Part shown: positions 11,124-21,430 of the stretch, piece by piece
Position numbering within the stretch: position 1 is the stretch's first letter
Layout: each line of letters starts with the position of its first letter
Assembly (NCBI GenBank): GCA_963793305.1
Contig: CAWBZV010000003.1
Coordinates: 448,001 to 512,000 of the forward strand
Direction of reading: 5' to 3'
DNA length: 64,000 bases
From: an uncultured Gemmatimonadales bacterium
GTDB taxonomy: Bacteria > Gemmatimonadota > Gemmatimonadetes > Gemmatimonadales > Gemmatimonadaceae
The notes under the pieces: model-generated
Seen by the model: the letters and a program-made list of their open reading frames with translations, nothing else
What the model was told of the DNA's origin: nothing
Database searches by the model: none
Program-made: the position numbers and the translations under genes

Positions 11124-11135
11124 AGTTTCAAAATT

Positions 11136-12014
11136 ATGCTGCCCATTCTGTTCGCGCTCGCCGTCGACTCGACCCTGGCTGGCCAGGTGCACCAGCGCAT
11201 CGATCAGGTGCCGGGGGCCGTGGTCGCGGTGTACTACCGGCGGTTGTCGGATGGCGACTCGCTGGCCATCAATGCCGATACCGTGTACCACGCGGCGAGC
11301 ACGATGAAGGTCCCGGTCATGATCGAGCTCTTCCACGCGATCGACGCCGGCCGGTTGAAGCTCGATCAGCCGGTGCTCGTGACGAACCAGTTCACGAGTC
11401 TCGCCGACGGCTCGCCGTTCTCAGCCGACTCGGCCGACGACTCCGACAGCACGCTGTATCACGAGATCGGGCAGCGCGTGCCGCTCTCGCGGCTCATGGA
11501 TCTCATGATCCAAAAGTCGAGCAACCTCGCGACCAACACGGTCATCGAGCTCGTCGGCGCCAAACGCGTCGACTCGACGGCGCACGCGCTCGGCGTCACG
11601 CGCATGCGGGTTCTCCGTGGCGTCGAAGACGGGAAGGCCTTCAAGCTCGGGCTCAACAACGTGACGACCGCGCGCGATCTGGGCATTCTCATGCGAGCGA
11701 TCGCCGAGAATCGCGCGGCCTCGCCAAAGAGCTGCGAGGCCATGCGTCAAATTCTCCTGGGTCAGGAATTCGACACGGAGATTCCCGCGGGTCTCCCGCC
11801 GGGCACACGCGTCGCCCACAAGACGGGGTGGATCACCGGCGTCCTGCACGATGGCGCCATCGTGTATCCCAACGGCGGCAAGCCGTACGTGCTGGTCGTG
11901 CTCACGCGCGGCATCCCGGACGTGAAGGTCGCGCAGTCGCTGATCGCCGATATCTCGCGACTAGTGTACGCCCATGCGCTCGTAGACCACGCTGCCGCCG
12001 ACCACCGTCATTAA
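11136..12014 (+). CDS. Class A beta-lactamase-related serine hydrolase
   Basis: SxxK (AASTMK), SSN, HKTG motifs; signal peptide. Confidence 0.88.
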   Translation: MLPILFALAVDSTLAGQVHQRIDQVPGAVVAVYYRRLSDGDSLAINADTVYHAASTMKVPVMIELFHAIDAGRLKLDQPVLVTNQFTSLADGSPFSADSADDSDSTLYHEIGQRVPLSRLMDLMIQKSSNLATNTVIELVGAKRVDSTAHALGVTRMRVLRGVEDGKAFKLGLNNVTTARDLGILMRAIAENRAASPKSCEAMRQILLGQEFDTEIPAGLPPGTRVAHKTGWITGVLHDGAIVYPNGGKPYVLVVLTRGIPDVKVAQSLIADISRLVYAHALVDHAAADHRH

Positions 12015-13631
12015 GATTTTCGCATCGCGAATCTCGGCCGGTGGGATCTTGAACAGATCCTTGTCGATCAGCACGAAGTCGGCCAGCCTGCCGACGGAGA
12101 GCGTGCCGAGCGCCGTGTCGGCGAACATGGCGTACGCCGCGGTGCGCGTGTACGCCTGGAGTGCCTCGTCGACCGTGATTTTCTGCTCGGGAATCCACCC
12201 GTCCGGGTGCGCGTCATCGAGCGTTCGTCTCGTTACGGCGGCGTAGATCCCTTCGATGGGAGTGGGTGGCGCCACATCCCAGTCACTGCCGAACGCCAAT
12301 CGCGCATGGGTATCGAGCAGCGTCCGAAACGGATAGGTCGTCTTTGCGCGCTCGTGTCCGATGATTTTCTCCGCCCATCGCCCGTCATCGATCGCGTGAT
12401 ACGGCTGCGCGCTGGCGATCACGCCGAGCTGGCCGAATCGTGGTATGTCTTCTGGCGTGAGGTGCTGCGCGTGCTCGATGCGAAACCGGCGATCGCGCGG
12501 ACCGTTCTCTTTTTCGATGCGCTCGTATATGTCCAGCATCGAGCGATTGGCCTTGGTGCCGATGGCGTGCACCATCACCTGCAGGCCCGCTTGGTCCGCG
12601 GCTTTGGCCCAGGTGTACAGTAATTCTGGCGGCGTGACCTGCAGGCCCGTGTCCTTCGGCGCGTCGGTGAACGGCGTCAGCATCCACGCCGTGTGCGACC
12701 CGAGCGACCCGTCCGCGAACCCCTTGAGCCCGCCCCAGTGCACCCATGCGTCCCCGCGGCCGAGTGCGGCGACGGTGTCGCGGAGCTTGGCCCAGTCGCG
12801 GAGGGGGACGACCGCGTAGAAGCGCGTCTTGAGCCGCCCCGCGGCGCTCGCGCGCCGGAACGTCTCGAAGTCGTCCCACGAGTATCCCATGTTCGTGACC
12901 GCGGTGACACCGCGCTCGGCGAGATACGCCGTCGCGGTATCGAGCGCGCGGTCGTACTGCTCCGTGGTCATATCGGGCATCGCGCGGTCGATCAGCCCCA
13001 TCGCGTTGTCCTTCAAGATCCCGGTCGGCTCGCCATTCGCATCGTGCACGATCTCGCCGCCGTCGACGTGACTCGTTGGCGTGACGTGCGCGGCGGTCAG
13101 CGCGACCGTGTTCGCGAGACCCATGTGCCCGTCGACGCGCTGAATCCACACGGGGTTGTTTGGCGTCACCGAGTCGATCCACGCTCGGGTCGGAAGCTCG
13201 CCGCCCCAATGCGTGTGGTCCCACCGGCCGCCGACTATCCAGGTGCCGGCCGGCTGGTTGTGCGCATAGGCAGCGAGCTCCGATGCGAGCTGCTGGCGCG
13301 ACGTGGCGTCGTGCAGCTGCACGGACCGGAGCTGGAATCCCGCATCGATCGCGTGGACATGCGCGTCGATCAGTCCGGGCACGAGCAGCGCACCCTTCGC
13401 ATCGATCGTCCGCGTGCCGTCGCTCTTCCACTTCGCGGCCTCGGCGCTCGTCCCGACCGCCACGAGCCGGTCGCCGCGTACGGCGATGGCCTGGGCCCAT
13501 GGGCGGGCCGGGTCGCCCGTCCAGACGCGGGCGTTGACGACGATCAGCGTGGCGCGGGCGGGAGGCTGCGGGGGGTGCATGGTGGGAGTGCCGAAGGCGG
13601 CCGCGAGTATGATCGCAACAGGGTATCGCAT
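11961..13631 (-). CDS. Amidohydrolase 3 (YtcJ-like), exported
   Basis: PGLIDAHVH, RVDGH, KGFADGSLGS, HAIG, RIEHAQH, FGSDW. Confidence 0.9.
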   Translation of the reverse strand: MRYPVAIILAAAFGTPTMHPPQPPARATLIVVNARVWTGDPARPWAQAIAVRGDRLVAVGTSAEAAKWKSDGTRTIDAKGALLVPGLIDAHVHAIDAGFQLRSVQLHDATSRQQLASELAAYAHNQPAGTWIVGGRWDHTHWGGELPTRAWIDSVTPNNPVWIQRVDGHMGLANTVALTAAHVTPTSHVDGGEIVHDANGEPTGILKDNAMGLIDRAMPDMTTEQYDRALDTATAYLAERGVTAVTNMGYSWDDFETFRRASAAGRLKTRFYAVVPLRDWAKLRDTVAALGRGDAWVHWGGLKGFADGSLGSHTAWMLTPFTDAPKDTGLQVTPPELLYTWAKAADQAGLQVMVHAIGTKANRSMLDIYERIEKENGPRDRRFRIEHAQHLTPEDIPRFGQLGVIASAQPYHAIDDGRWAEKIIGHERAKTTYPFRTLLDTHARLAFGSDWDVAPPTPIEGIYAAVTRRTLDDAHPDGWIPEQKITVDEALQAYTRTAAYAMFADTALGTLSVGRLADFVLIDKDLFKIPPAEIRDAKILMTVVGGSVVYERMGVH

Positions 13632-13688
13632 GACGGCCCAAGGTAACCACTCCGCGCTTCGGCCGCGTGGGGGTAGATTATCGGCGCC

Positions 13689-14117
13689 ATGCGCTTACGC
13701 CCCTGGGCATTTGTCGCCGTGCTCGCCATGACGGCGTGCGTCACCAAGGATGACGCCAAGAAGGCGATCGACGCCCTCTCCGAGGCCAAGGTGCCGATGC
13801 CTGACCAACTTCCGGTCATGCAGAACACGAAGGTCCCGTTTCACTACCCGGACGCGCTTGTCGCGTCGGGCGTCCGGGACAGCGTCGTGCTCCGGATTTT
13901 TATCGACTCGCTGGGCGGTGTGCGACCGGAGTCGACCCGGCTCGAGCAGAAGTCGCACTATCCGTTGCTGGATACGGCGGCGCTCAACGGCGCGAAAGAC
14001 CTGGTGTTCGCGCCGGCCCGCCGGCAGGGTCATCCGATGGCGGTGTCGATCAAGCTGCCGGTCGAGTTCAACCCGCCGCCGCCGCTGCCGACAGTGTCAA
14101 CGGTGCCCAAGCCGTGA
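13689..14117 (+). CDS. TonB C-terminal domain lipoprotein
   Basis: Lipobox-like MTAC; YPDAL...VVLRIFIDSLG...LDTAAL...FAPARRQG.PMAV. Confidence 0.75.
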   Translation: MRLRPWAFVAVLAMTACVTKDDAKKAIDALSEAKVPMPDQLPVMQNTKVPFHYPDALVASGVRDSVVLRIFIDSLGGVRPESTRLEQKSHYPLLDTAALNGAKDLVFAPARRQGHPMAVSIKLPVEFNPPPPLPTVSTVPKP

Positions 14118-15518
14118 GCGAGCGCAATCGCACGCCGTACGAGTCGGTCCTCGACACGATCGGCTGGACGCCGCTGATCCGGCTCAACCGGTTGACGCGC
14201 GGGATCAAGACGCCGGTCTATGGCAAGGCCGAATTTTTCAATCCTGGCGGGTCGGTCAAGGATCGCATCGGGCTGCCGATCATCGAGCGGGCCGAGCGAG
14301 AGGGGCGGCTCCTGCCCGGCGGGACGATCGTCGAGGGCACGAGCGGCAATACCGGCGTCGGGCTCGCGATCGCCGCGGCGGTCAAGGGCTACAAGTGCAT
14401 CTTCACGATGCCCGACAAGATGTCGCAGGAGAAAGTTCGGTTGCTCAAGGCGTTCGGGGCCGAGGTCATCGTGACGCCGACGGCGGTACCGCCGGATCAT
14501 CCGGACAACTACATCGTGATGGCGAAGCGGATCGCGGCCGAGACGCCGAACGCGATGCTGGCGAATCAGTTCTATAACGACGCCAACCCGGACGCACATT
14601 TCGCGACGACCGGGCCCGAGCTGTGGGAGCAGACCGGCGGGAAGATCACCCATTTCGTCGCCTCGGCCGGCACTGGCGGGACGATCACGGGTGTCGGCCG
14701 CTATCTGAAATCAAAGAACCCGAATATCAAGATCATCTCCGGCGATCCGGCCGGGTCTATCCTGGCGAGCTCCTGGCACCAGGTGAAAGACGGAGTGAAA
14801 GAAAAGATCGAGGGCGCCCCGTACAAGGTCGAAGGCATCGGGCAGGATAAGATTCCCGGCACGCTGGACCTTGGGATAGTCGACGAGTACCACACGGTCT
14901 CCGATCGCGACAGCTTCGCCATGGCGCGCCGGCTCACGCGAGAAGAGGGACTGTTCGTTGGCGGGTCGTCGGGCCTCATCGCCCATGTCGCGGTGTCATT
15001 GGCCAGGCGCATCGATGATCCGAAGGCGCTCGTCGTGACGTTCCTGTGTGACACTGGCGAGCGCTATCTGTCCAAGCTGTACAATGACGAGTGGATGCGC
15101 GAGAACCAGATGCTGGACGCCGACCGAACGACGCTGGCGTCGTTGCTCGACAGAAAGGGTGGCGGGAAGACGCCGTCGGTGGTCAGCGTCGCGCCGGGCA
15201 CGGGCGTGCGGCAGGCACTGGGCCTCATGACGCTGCACGACGTTCTCGCAGCTCCCCGTGATGGACGGCCCGAGCAACGTCGGCTCGGTCAGCGAGTGGG
15301 CGCTCACCGGCAAGGGCCTGTCGGACCCGAAGGTGCTGGACCGGCTGGTCGGCGACGTCATGGACGGGCCGTTCCCCGAGGTCGACGTGCGCCAGAGTAC
15401 CGACTCTGTCGCCAAGCTGTTGTCCAAGTCGAGCCCGGCCGTGCTCGTGCGCGGCGCCGCGGGCATCGAGGGCATCGTCACCCGGTCTGACCTTCTTCAC
15501 TTCATGATGGCCCGCTAG
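14114..15518 (+). CDS. cbs: Cystathionine beta-synthase with C-terminal CBS domains (frameshift near 15245)
   Basis: NPGGSVKDRI, TSGNTG, GTGGT, DTGERYLSK; CBS pair continues in ORF 15258-15518 (GIVTRSDLL). Confidence 0.88.
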
Positions 15519-16475
15519 ATGGACATTGTGATGTTGCTCGGCGGCTCCTCGTCCGAGCGCGACGTGTCGTTGGCGTCCGGCTTCCGCGTGACCGACGCTC
15601 TCCGCGCCCGCGGCCATGTCGTGCGCGTGATCGACCCCGCCTCTCAAATGAGTGAGGCCGAGCTGCGCCAGGCGGCGAAGGTCAAGCGTGCGCCGCCGAC
15701 TTTGGAAAGCCTGGGTGCGAGCAACTTCGTTCGGCTGGCGGACCTCAAGACCGATGTCGTATTCCTCGGATTGCACGGCGGTCAGGGCGAGGATGGAACG
15801 ATCCAGGCCGTGCTCGACTCGTTCGGCCTGCCGTATACGGGTAGCGGGCACTTAGGCAGCGCGATCGCGATGGACAAGGAATTGTCAAAAATCCTGTTCC
15901 GCGCGGCGGGCGTCTCGACGGCCGACTGGGTGATGGCGCCGGCGGATCCGAGCGCGCTCGGATACCCGATTATCGTCAAACCATCGAAAGAGGGTTCGAC
16001 GGTTGGTCTCAGTATCGTGCGAGAGCGAAGCGAGCTCGATGCGGCCGTGGCCGAGGCATTGCGTTACGACCGCGAAGTGATCATCGAACGCTACATCCCG
16101 GGTCGCGAGCTCACGGTCGCGGTGCTCGGCGGCGTCGCGCTGCCGGTCGGTGAGATCTTCCCGAAGCACGAGATCTACGACTACGAATGTAAGTACACCG
16201 TTGGGATGGCCCGCGAGGAATTTCCCGCGCAGTTGCCACCGGACGTGACGGCGCACGTGCAAGACCAGGCGGTCAAGGCATTTCGCGCACTCAAGCTCAG
16301 CGGCTGCGCGAGGATCGACTTCCGGCTCGACCCGCAAAACGTGCCCTACTGTCTCGAGGCGAATACGCTGCCCGGGATGACCGGAACGAGTCTCGTGCCG
16401 CAGGCTGCCGAAGCGGCGGGCTACACGTTCGAGGAGTTGTGTGACCGCATTGCGCGTTTGGCACTCGGCAGGTGA
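15519..16475 (+). CDS. ddl: D-alanine--D-alanine ligase
   Basis: GGSSSERDVSLASG, LHGGQGEDG, GSTVG, YDYECKY, EANTLPGMT. Confidence 0.95.
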   Translation: MDIVMLLGGSSSERDVSLASGFRVTDALRARGHVVRVIDPASQMSEAELRQAAKVKRAPPTLESLGASNFVRLADLKTDVVFLGLHGGQGEDGTIQAVLDSFGLPYTGSGHLGSAIAMDKELSKILFRAAGVSTADWVMAPADPSALGYPIIVKPSKEGSTVGLSIVRERSELDAAVAEALRYDREVIIERYIPGRELTVAVLGGVALPVGEIFPKHEIYDYECKYTVGMAREEFPAQLPPDVTAHVQDQAVKAFRALKLSGCARIDFRLDPQNVPYCLEANTLPGMTGTSLVPQAAEAAGYTFEELCDRIARLALGR

Positions 16476-16526
16476 CGGGGCCATTGTACGATTCGTCGGC
16501 CCTCTGGGTATAATTAAAATCGCGCG

Positions 16527-17459
16527 ATGCCTTCCACCTCCCCCTCCTCCTTCTCGCTGACCGACGAGTCCAATGCCCCCCGGGTGACCCCGGCGGTTCA
16601 ATGGTTGATCGGCATCAACGTCGTGGTGTTCTTCCTGGAGCTGACGATCAGCCCCCAGGGGATCATCAACACATTGGGGTTCCGCGCGCAGTACCTGACC
16701 ACGGCGTGGTGGACGGTCGTCACGTACATGTTCGTGCACAAGGGGTTCCTGCACCTCTTGTTCAACATGGCGGTGCTGTTCTTCTTCGGCCCGCGGGTCG
16801 AACGGGCGTGGGGCGCGGCGCCGTTCGTGCGCTACTACCTGCTGTGCGGGCTCGGCGGATGGCTCGCGCACCTGATGTTGTCCAACACGACGACGCTCAT
16901 CGGCGCCTCGGCCGCCATTTACGGCGTCATGCTCGCGTACGCCGTGCGTTGGCCGGACGACGAGGTGTACGTGTTCTTCGCCGTGCCGGTCAAGATCAAA
17001 TGGCTCGTCGCGATCCTCGTCGTCTCGAGCCTCGTGCTCGGGTTGACGCAGAGTGGTGACTCGAGCGGCGTCGCGCAGTTCGCGCACCTGGGCGGGTTTG
17101 TCGCCGGCTGGCTCTATCTCCACAGCCCGTCCAGTGGGAGCATTCGCCGGCTGCGCCAGCGGGTCTCACAGGTGCCCGATGTGCCGGACGAAACTCCGCG
17201 CGCCATTCCTCGCACCGGCCCGGCTCCGCGCGCGCGCGAGCGCAATGACATCGACGAGATCGTGGCGCGAAGCAAGGCCGCGGTGGTCAAGCGCCCGCCC
17301 GCGCCGCCGCCTCAGGCGGCCCGCGCCTCGTCGCGGAAGAGCAAGATCGAGGAGCTCGACATCGTCCTCGATAAGATCAATCGGCAGGGCATGGAGAGCC
17401 TGACGGCCGACGAGCGCCAGCTGCTCGACGAGGCCTCGCGCCGCCTTCGGGACAGCTAG
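16527..17459 (+). CDS. Rhomboid family intramembrane serine protease with soluble C-terminal extension
   Basis: HLLFNM, GASAA, AHLGG; C-terminal [17 protein letters not shown]. Confidence 0.9.
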   Translation: MPSTSPSSFSLTDESNAPRVTPAVQWLIGINVVVFFLELTISPQGIINTLGFRAQYLTTAWWTVVTYMFVHKGFLHLLFNMAVLFFFGPRVERAWGAAPFVRYYLLCGLGGWLAHLMLSNTTTLIGASAAIYGVMLAYAVRWPDDEVYVFFAVPVKIKWLVAILVVSSLVLGLTQSGDSSGVAQFAHLGGFVAGWLYLHSPSSGSIRRLRQRVSQVPDVPDETPRAIPRTGPAPRARERNDIDEIVARSKAAVVKRPPAPPPQAARASSRKSKIEELDIVLDKINRQGMESLTADERQLLDEASRRLRDS

Positions 17460-17472
17460 AGCGCCCACCGCA

Positions 17473-17881
17473 TTGCCACAGGCCGAGCTGCTCGAGACCT
17501 TCCCGAACCCGTATCCCGGGCGGGATTACGAGATCCGGATGACGTGCCCGGAGTTCACGTCGCTCTGTCCGCTGGGCGGTATCGAGAGCGACGCGCGCGA
17601 GCTCGATCTCCTCAAAGGGGGCGCGCCGGACTTCGGTACTGTTGCTCATCACGTATCGGCCCGATGCCCTCTGTGTTGAGCTCAAGAGCCTCAAGCTCTA
17701 TCTGTGGAGCTATCGGAACGACGGGATTTTTTACGAGCGGGCGGTGAATCGTATACTCGACGATCTCGCCGGTTGCGTGCATCCCGTGTGGATGGAAGTC
17801 GTGGGCGACTTCAACATCCGGGGCGGGATCAAGTCCGTGATCACGGCGCGCTTTGGCGCGCGAGGGCCACGAAGCGCGTGA
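17473..17881 (+). CDS. queF: 7-cyano-7-deazaguanine reductase (frameshift near 17640)
   Basis: PEFTSLCP...[23 protein letters not shown]. Confidence 0.88.
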
Positions 17882-18390
17882 GGTTGTCCACGCGGTCGGC
17901 CACGCGCTCGACCAGCACCGTCAGCCCATAGCGCTCCGCCGCCGCTGGGCCGGCGATCACCGCCAAGGTTCGGTCTCCGCTCGCCACGAGGTCCCGCGCA
18001 GCGCCGGCGGTGTCCCAAGCCTCTTCCGTCGGCATGTTTTGCAGAAATTGGCGGCATTGCCCGAGGGCCGCTGGATGACTGGCGACCCTTTTGATCTCAC
18101 CGAGGGTCACCCCAGGTAGCGCGAGCAACATCGGCCGGATGATGACCGTGGTCTCGTCGACAATGCCGATCTCGGGATGCGCGGCGATCGCCGTCAGGCT
18201 CGACTTCGATCGGTCCGACGATGGCGTTGTGCACGGGCAGCACGCCACGATCGACGTCCGCATGCGCGACAGCGCGCGCGACGTCTTCGAACGTGCGCTC
18301 GGACACTGGCTCGGCGGCGTCGCCCCAGATTTGTCGGAGCGCCTGCTCGCTGAACGCCCCGAGCTCCCCTTGAAACGCGACGCTTATCAA
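17841..18390 (-). CDS. pheA: Prephenate dehydratase catalytic domain, no ACT domain (frameshift near 18200)
   Basis: [38 protein letters not shown]. Confidence 0.85.
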
Positions 18391-19433
18391 ACCGTCGCGA
18401 CCTCCTCGGCCACCCGGCCGGCAGCCTCCGCAAAGGCAGCGAGTTTCTGCATCATCGCGTCGAAGGCGCTAATAGTGAGACTCTGCTCGCCGTCAGAGCG
18501 CGCAGACTCCGGCTCAGGGTGCACTTCGATGATGAGCCCGTCTGCCCCCGCGGCGACGGCCGCGTATGCCAGCGGCGCGACGAGTGATGCGCGTCCACCG
18601 GCGTGGCTCGGATCGACGATGACGGGGAGGTGCGTCTCGGCCTTGAGCACGGGCACGGCCGCGATGTCGAGCGTGTTGCGCGTCGCGGTCTCGTACGTGC
18701 GAATCCCGCGCTCGCACAGAATCACGCGATGATTTCCCTGCGCCAGCACGTACTCGGCCGCCATGAGCAGCTCTTGGATGGTGGCCGAGAGGCCGCGTTT
18801 GAGCAGGACGGGCCGATTGGTGCGGCCGACTTCGGAGAGCAACGAAAAGTTTTGCATGTTGCGCGCGCCGACTTGCAGACAATCGGCGACCTCGGCCACC
18901 GACTCGACCTGCCGCGGATCCATGACTTCCGTCACGATCGGCAGCCCCGTCTCGGCCCGCGCCTCGGCGAGCATTTCGAGTGCTGGTAGGCCGAGTCCCT
19001 GGAACGCGTACGGCGATGTACGGGGCTTGAACGCACCGCCACGCAGCGCCTGCGCGCCGGACGCCCGCACGGCGCGCGCGGTGTCGACGATCATGTCGAG
19101 CCCTTCGACGGAGCACGGCCCGGCGATGACCGCCAGCGCCTGGCCGCCGATGTGACACGGCGTGCGCGTTGTCTCGGCGCCGAGTGTCACGGTGGTGGAC
19201 GACGCGAATCCTCGCGCCGCGAGCTTGTATGGTCTCAGGACCGGCGTCACGGACTCGACGCCGGCGAGTGCCAGGAGTGGCACGTTGGCGAGCGCCGATT
19301 CATCGCCGACGCAGCCGATGATCACGCGCTCGACCCCTCGCGAGAGGTGCGTGCGGAGGCCGAGTGACTCGACGCGTCCTCGAATGTGAGCGATCTCGGC
19401 ATTGGTGATTCCAGCGCGGGTGACGATCAGCAT
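18387..19433 (-). CDS. aroF: DAHP synthase type I-beta with N-terminal ACT/ferredoxin-like domain
   Basis: [48 protein letters not shown]. Confidence 0.93.
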   Translation of the reverse strand: MLIVTRAGITNAEIAHIRGRVESLGLRTHLSRGVERVIIGCVGDESALANVPLLALAGVESVTPVLRPYKLAARGFASSTTVTLGAETTRTPCHIGGQALAVIAGPCSVEGLDMIVDTARAVRASGAQALRGGAFKPRTSPYAFQGLGLPALEMLAEARAETGLPIVTEVMDPRQVESVAEVADCLQVGARNMQNFSLLSEVGRTNRPVLLKRGLSATIQELLMAAEYVLAQGNHRVILCERGIRTYETATRNTLDIAAVPVLKAETHLPVIVDPSHAGGRASLVAPLAYAAVAAGADGLIIEVHPEPESARSDGEQSLTISAFDAMMQKLAAFAEAAGRVAEEVATV

Positions 19434-19454
19434 GACAAGGGGTCCGGTGGGGGC

Positions 19455-19486
19455 AAAGAAAAAGCCCCCGTCAGTGTGACGAGGGC
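19455..19486 (-). terminator. Attenuator terminator upstream of aroF
   Basis: Minus strand GCCCTCGTCA-CAC-TGACGGGGGC-TTTTTCTTT. Confidence 0.85.
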
Positions 19487-19513
19487 CGGGTGTGCCGCGA
19501 CGATACTATGCGT

Positions 19514-19597
19514 CTACGCGTGCGACTCCGGGCCCCCACTGGTAAAGAACCAGTAGCGGCGGTCGGTGACGTAGTAGGAGACGCGGCGGGAGGTCAT
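19514..19597 (-). CDS. Aromatic amino acid attenuation leader peptide (27 aa)
   Basis: Manual translation MTSRRVSYYVTDRRYWFFTSGGPESHA*, directly upstream of the terminator and aroF; extended -10 TGCTATACT at 19605-19613. Confidence 0.85.
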   Translation of the reverse strand: MTSRRVSYYVTDRRYWFFTSGGPESHA

Positions 19598-19616
19598 TGC
19601 AATCAGTATAGCACAG

Positions 19617-20027
19617 TTACATGGCCATGGAAAGATTGCCACACGACACGATGGTCCCCATATCGGTGGCCGACTTGTGAATGTTCACGTAGTACGCGCC
19701 GTTGTCGGGAATCGCGAACGGCAGCGTGACGTCGACTTTCCCATTGCCATCTTTGCCGATCTTGATCGGCGTATACGCACCAGCCTGCCCGACGACCGCA
19801 CCGTTATCACCGCACTTGCCCGAATGCACGTGCCACGGATATGTCACGCCGGCTTCGCCGCCAGTGATTGTCACAGTGGCGTGAGTACTCGACGCACTGG
19901 ATCCCGGCTCGACGGACACGGCACCCGCCACGGCGGTCCCACCCTGCGGCATGAGCTTCCCGCCCCATTTCATGGGCGCGGCGATAGCCACTGAGCTCAA
20001 CGCAATAAGAGCAGCGATGCGAATCAC
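19617..20027 (-). CDS. Exported Cu/Zn-SOD-like / CHRD-like small protein
   Basis: Signal peptide; PWHVHSGKC, YYVNIH, VSCGNL. Confidence 0.65.
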   Translation of the reverse strand: MIRIAALIALSSVAIAAPMKWGGKLMPQGGTAVAGAVSVEPGSSASSTHATVTITGGEAGVTYPWHVHSGKCGDNGAVVGQAGAYTPIKIGKDGNGKVDVTLPFAIPDNGAYYVNIHKSATDMGTIVSCGNLSMAM

Positions 20028-20066
20028 TGTGGTGTTCCTCGGAAGGGGGTTTTGAGACCGGGGAAG

Positions 20067-20339
20067 TTACGCCGTGGTCCCGGCCATGGCGAGCGGTAAC
20101 TCGAGCTGCGAGGGATCGCCCCACGACTCATCGCATATCAGTTGGCAGGTCTGGTGCCGGAACTGCCAGAGCGCGATGGGAGCCCGAAGGCTATCCGGCG
20201 GCAGGCCGGCCAGGCTCAACGCTTCTTCTCGCACGCGCTGCGGTAGCGCGGTCGAGCCTGGCCCATTCACAATAGCCCACACGTGCGCCAGATCGCGCGC
20301 CGCAATGGCATCCGCGAGCGCATCGAGCAGGCGAAGCAC
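20067..20339 (-). CDS. Hypothetical protein immediately downstream of ku
   Basis: 90-aa ORF starting 4 nt after the ku stop; ends in QLELPL. Confidence 0.6.
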   Translation of the reverse strand: MLRLLDALADAIAARDLAHVWAIVNGPGSTALPQRVREEALSLAGLPPDSLRAPIALWQFRHQTCQLICDESWGDPSQLELPLAMAGTTA

Positions 20340-20343
20340 GGGG

Positions 20344-21252
20344 TTACGCGGTCTTTCGCGATTTCGAGCGCGTACCCTTCTTGGCCTTTTTCGGCTCCTC
20401 TTCCTGCTCCTCAGCCTTGGCCTCGCGCGCGGCCTCCTCCCCTTCCTCGGCCGCCGCCTCGGCGTCGCCGCCAGCCCGCTTCCGTCCTTGCTCCAGGCTC
20501 TCTCTCAGTCGCGCCATGAGATCGAGCACCGGCGTGCCTTCCGGCTCCGCGGTTTCCTCGGTCGAGATCTCTTTGCCCTTCAGCTTGTCGTCGATGAGCC
20601 GCATGATGTAGGCGCGATAGTCGTCGGTGTACTTCGACGCATCGAACGTCGTCGAGTACTGCGCGACCAGTTGCTCGGCCATCGTGAGCTCTTGCGGCTT
20701 CACTTCTTTTGCACTCGGGAACGTGAACTCGGTCGCGGGGACGAGCTCATTGCCGAACCGCATCACTTCGAGGACGATCGCCTCACCGATCACTTTGATG
20801 GCCGCCAATGACTCGCGCTGGCGCAGCGCGAATTTGCCGATGCCCACCATCTTGGTATTGCGAATCGTCTCGCGCAGGAGTGCGTAGGCGCGCTCGCCAC
20901 CTTTCTGTGGCACGCAGAAATACGGCGTCTCGAAGAAGCGTGGATCGATCTCGCTTTCTTGCACGAAATCGATGATATCGAGGGCTTTGGAGCTGCCCGG
21001 CTGGGCGGCCTTGAGCTCTTCGTCCGTGATCACCACGAACTTGCCTTTCGTGTACTCGTATCCCTTCACGATCTCCGAGTACGGAACGGTTTTGTCCTCG
21101 AGATTGCAGATCCGGTCCATGTGGATCGGCGACAGGTCTTTTTCGTGCAGCTGGCGGAAGCTGATCCCGTCATTGTCCCGGACGGCTGTGCGCAGCTCAA
21201 TGGGAATGTTCACCAAACCGAAGCTGATAGCGCCCTTCCAGATAGCGGCCAT
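20344..21252 (-). CDS. ku: Non-homologous end joining protein Ku
   Basis: AIWKGAISFGLVNIP, IVKGYE, FETPYF, YTDDYR, LDLMARLRESL, basic tail. Confidence 0.95.
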   Translation of the reverse strand: MAAIWKGAISFGLVNIPIELRTAVRDNDGISFRQLHEKDLSPIHMDRICNLEDKTVPYSEIVKGYEYTKGKFVVITDEELKAAQPGSSKALDIIDFVQESEIDPRFFETPYFCVPQKGGERAYALLRETIRNTKMVGIGKFALRQRESLAAIKVIGEAIVLEVMRFGNELVPATEFTFPSAKEVKPQELTMAEQLVAQYSTTFDASKYTDDYRAYIMRLIDDKLKGKEISTEETAEPEGTPVLDLMARLRESLEQGRKRAGGDAEAAAEEGEEAAREAKAEEQEEEPKKAKKGTRSKSRKTA

Positions 21253-21410
21253 GGTAAAAAAATAACACCGGACCCGGACCCTCGGCCCGGCACGGCCCGG
21301 GCACGCGAATCCCCTGAAGACGTGAAGCCCCTGGACACGTGAACCCAGACATCAGAACTGAGAGTTTCAAGGCGACGAGCCGCGAAGCGGCGAGGAGTCA
21401 GCCCTTGTGC

Positions 21411-21430
21411 TTATCCACAATTTGTGCACA
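21411..21430 (+). promoter_or_regulatory. DnaA box(es) at the start of the dnaA-like gene
   Basis: Perfect TTATCCACA at 21411-21419; relaxed TTGTGCACA at 21422-21430. Confidence 0.7.

Noticed and set aside
11136..12014. True beta-lactamase resistance gene
   Set aside because: SxxK/SxN/KTG place it only in the class A-related serine hydrolases; no mobile context and activity cannot be inferred
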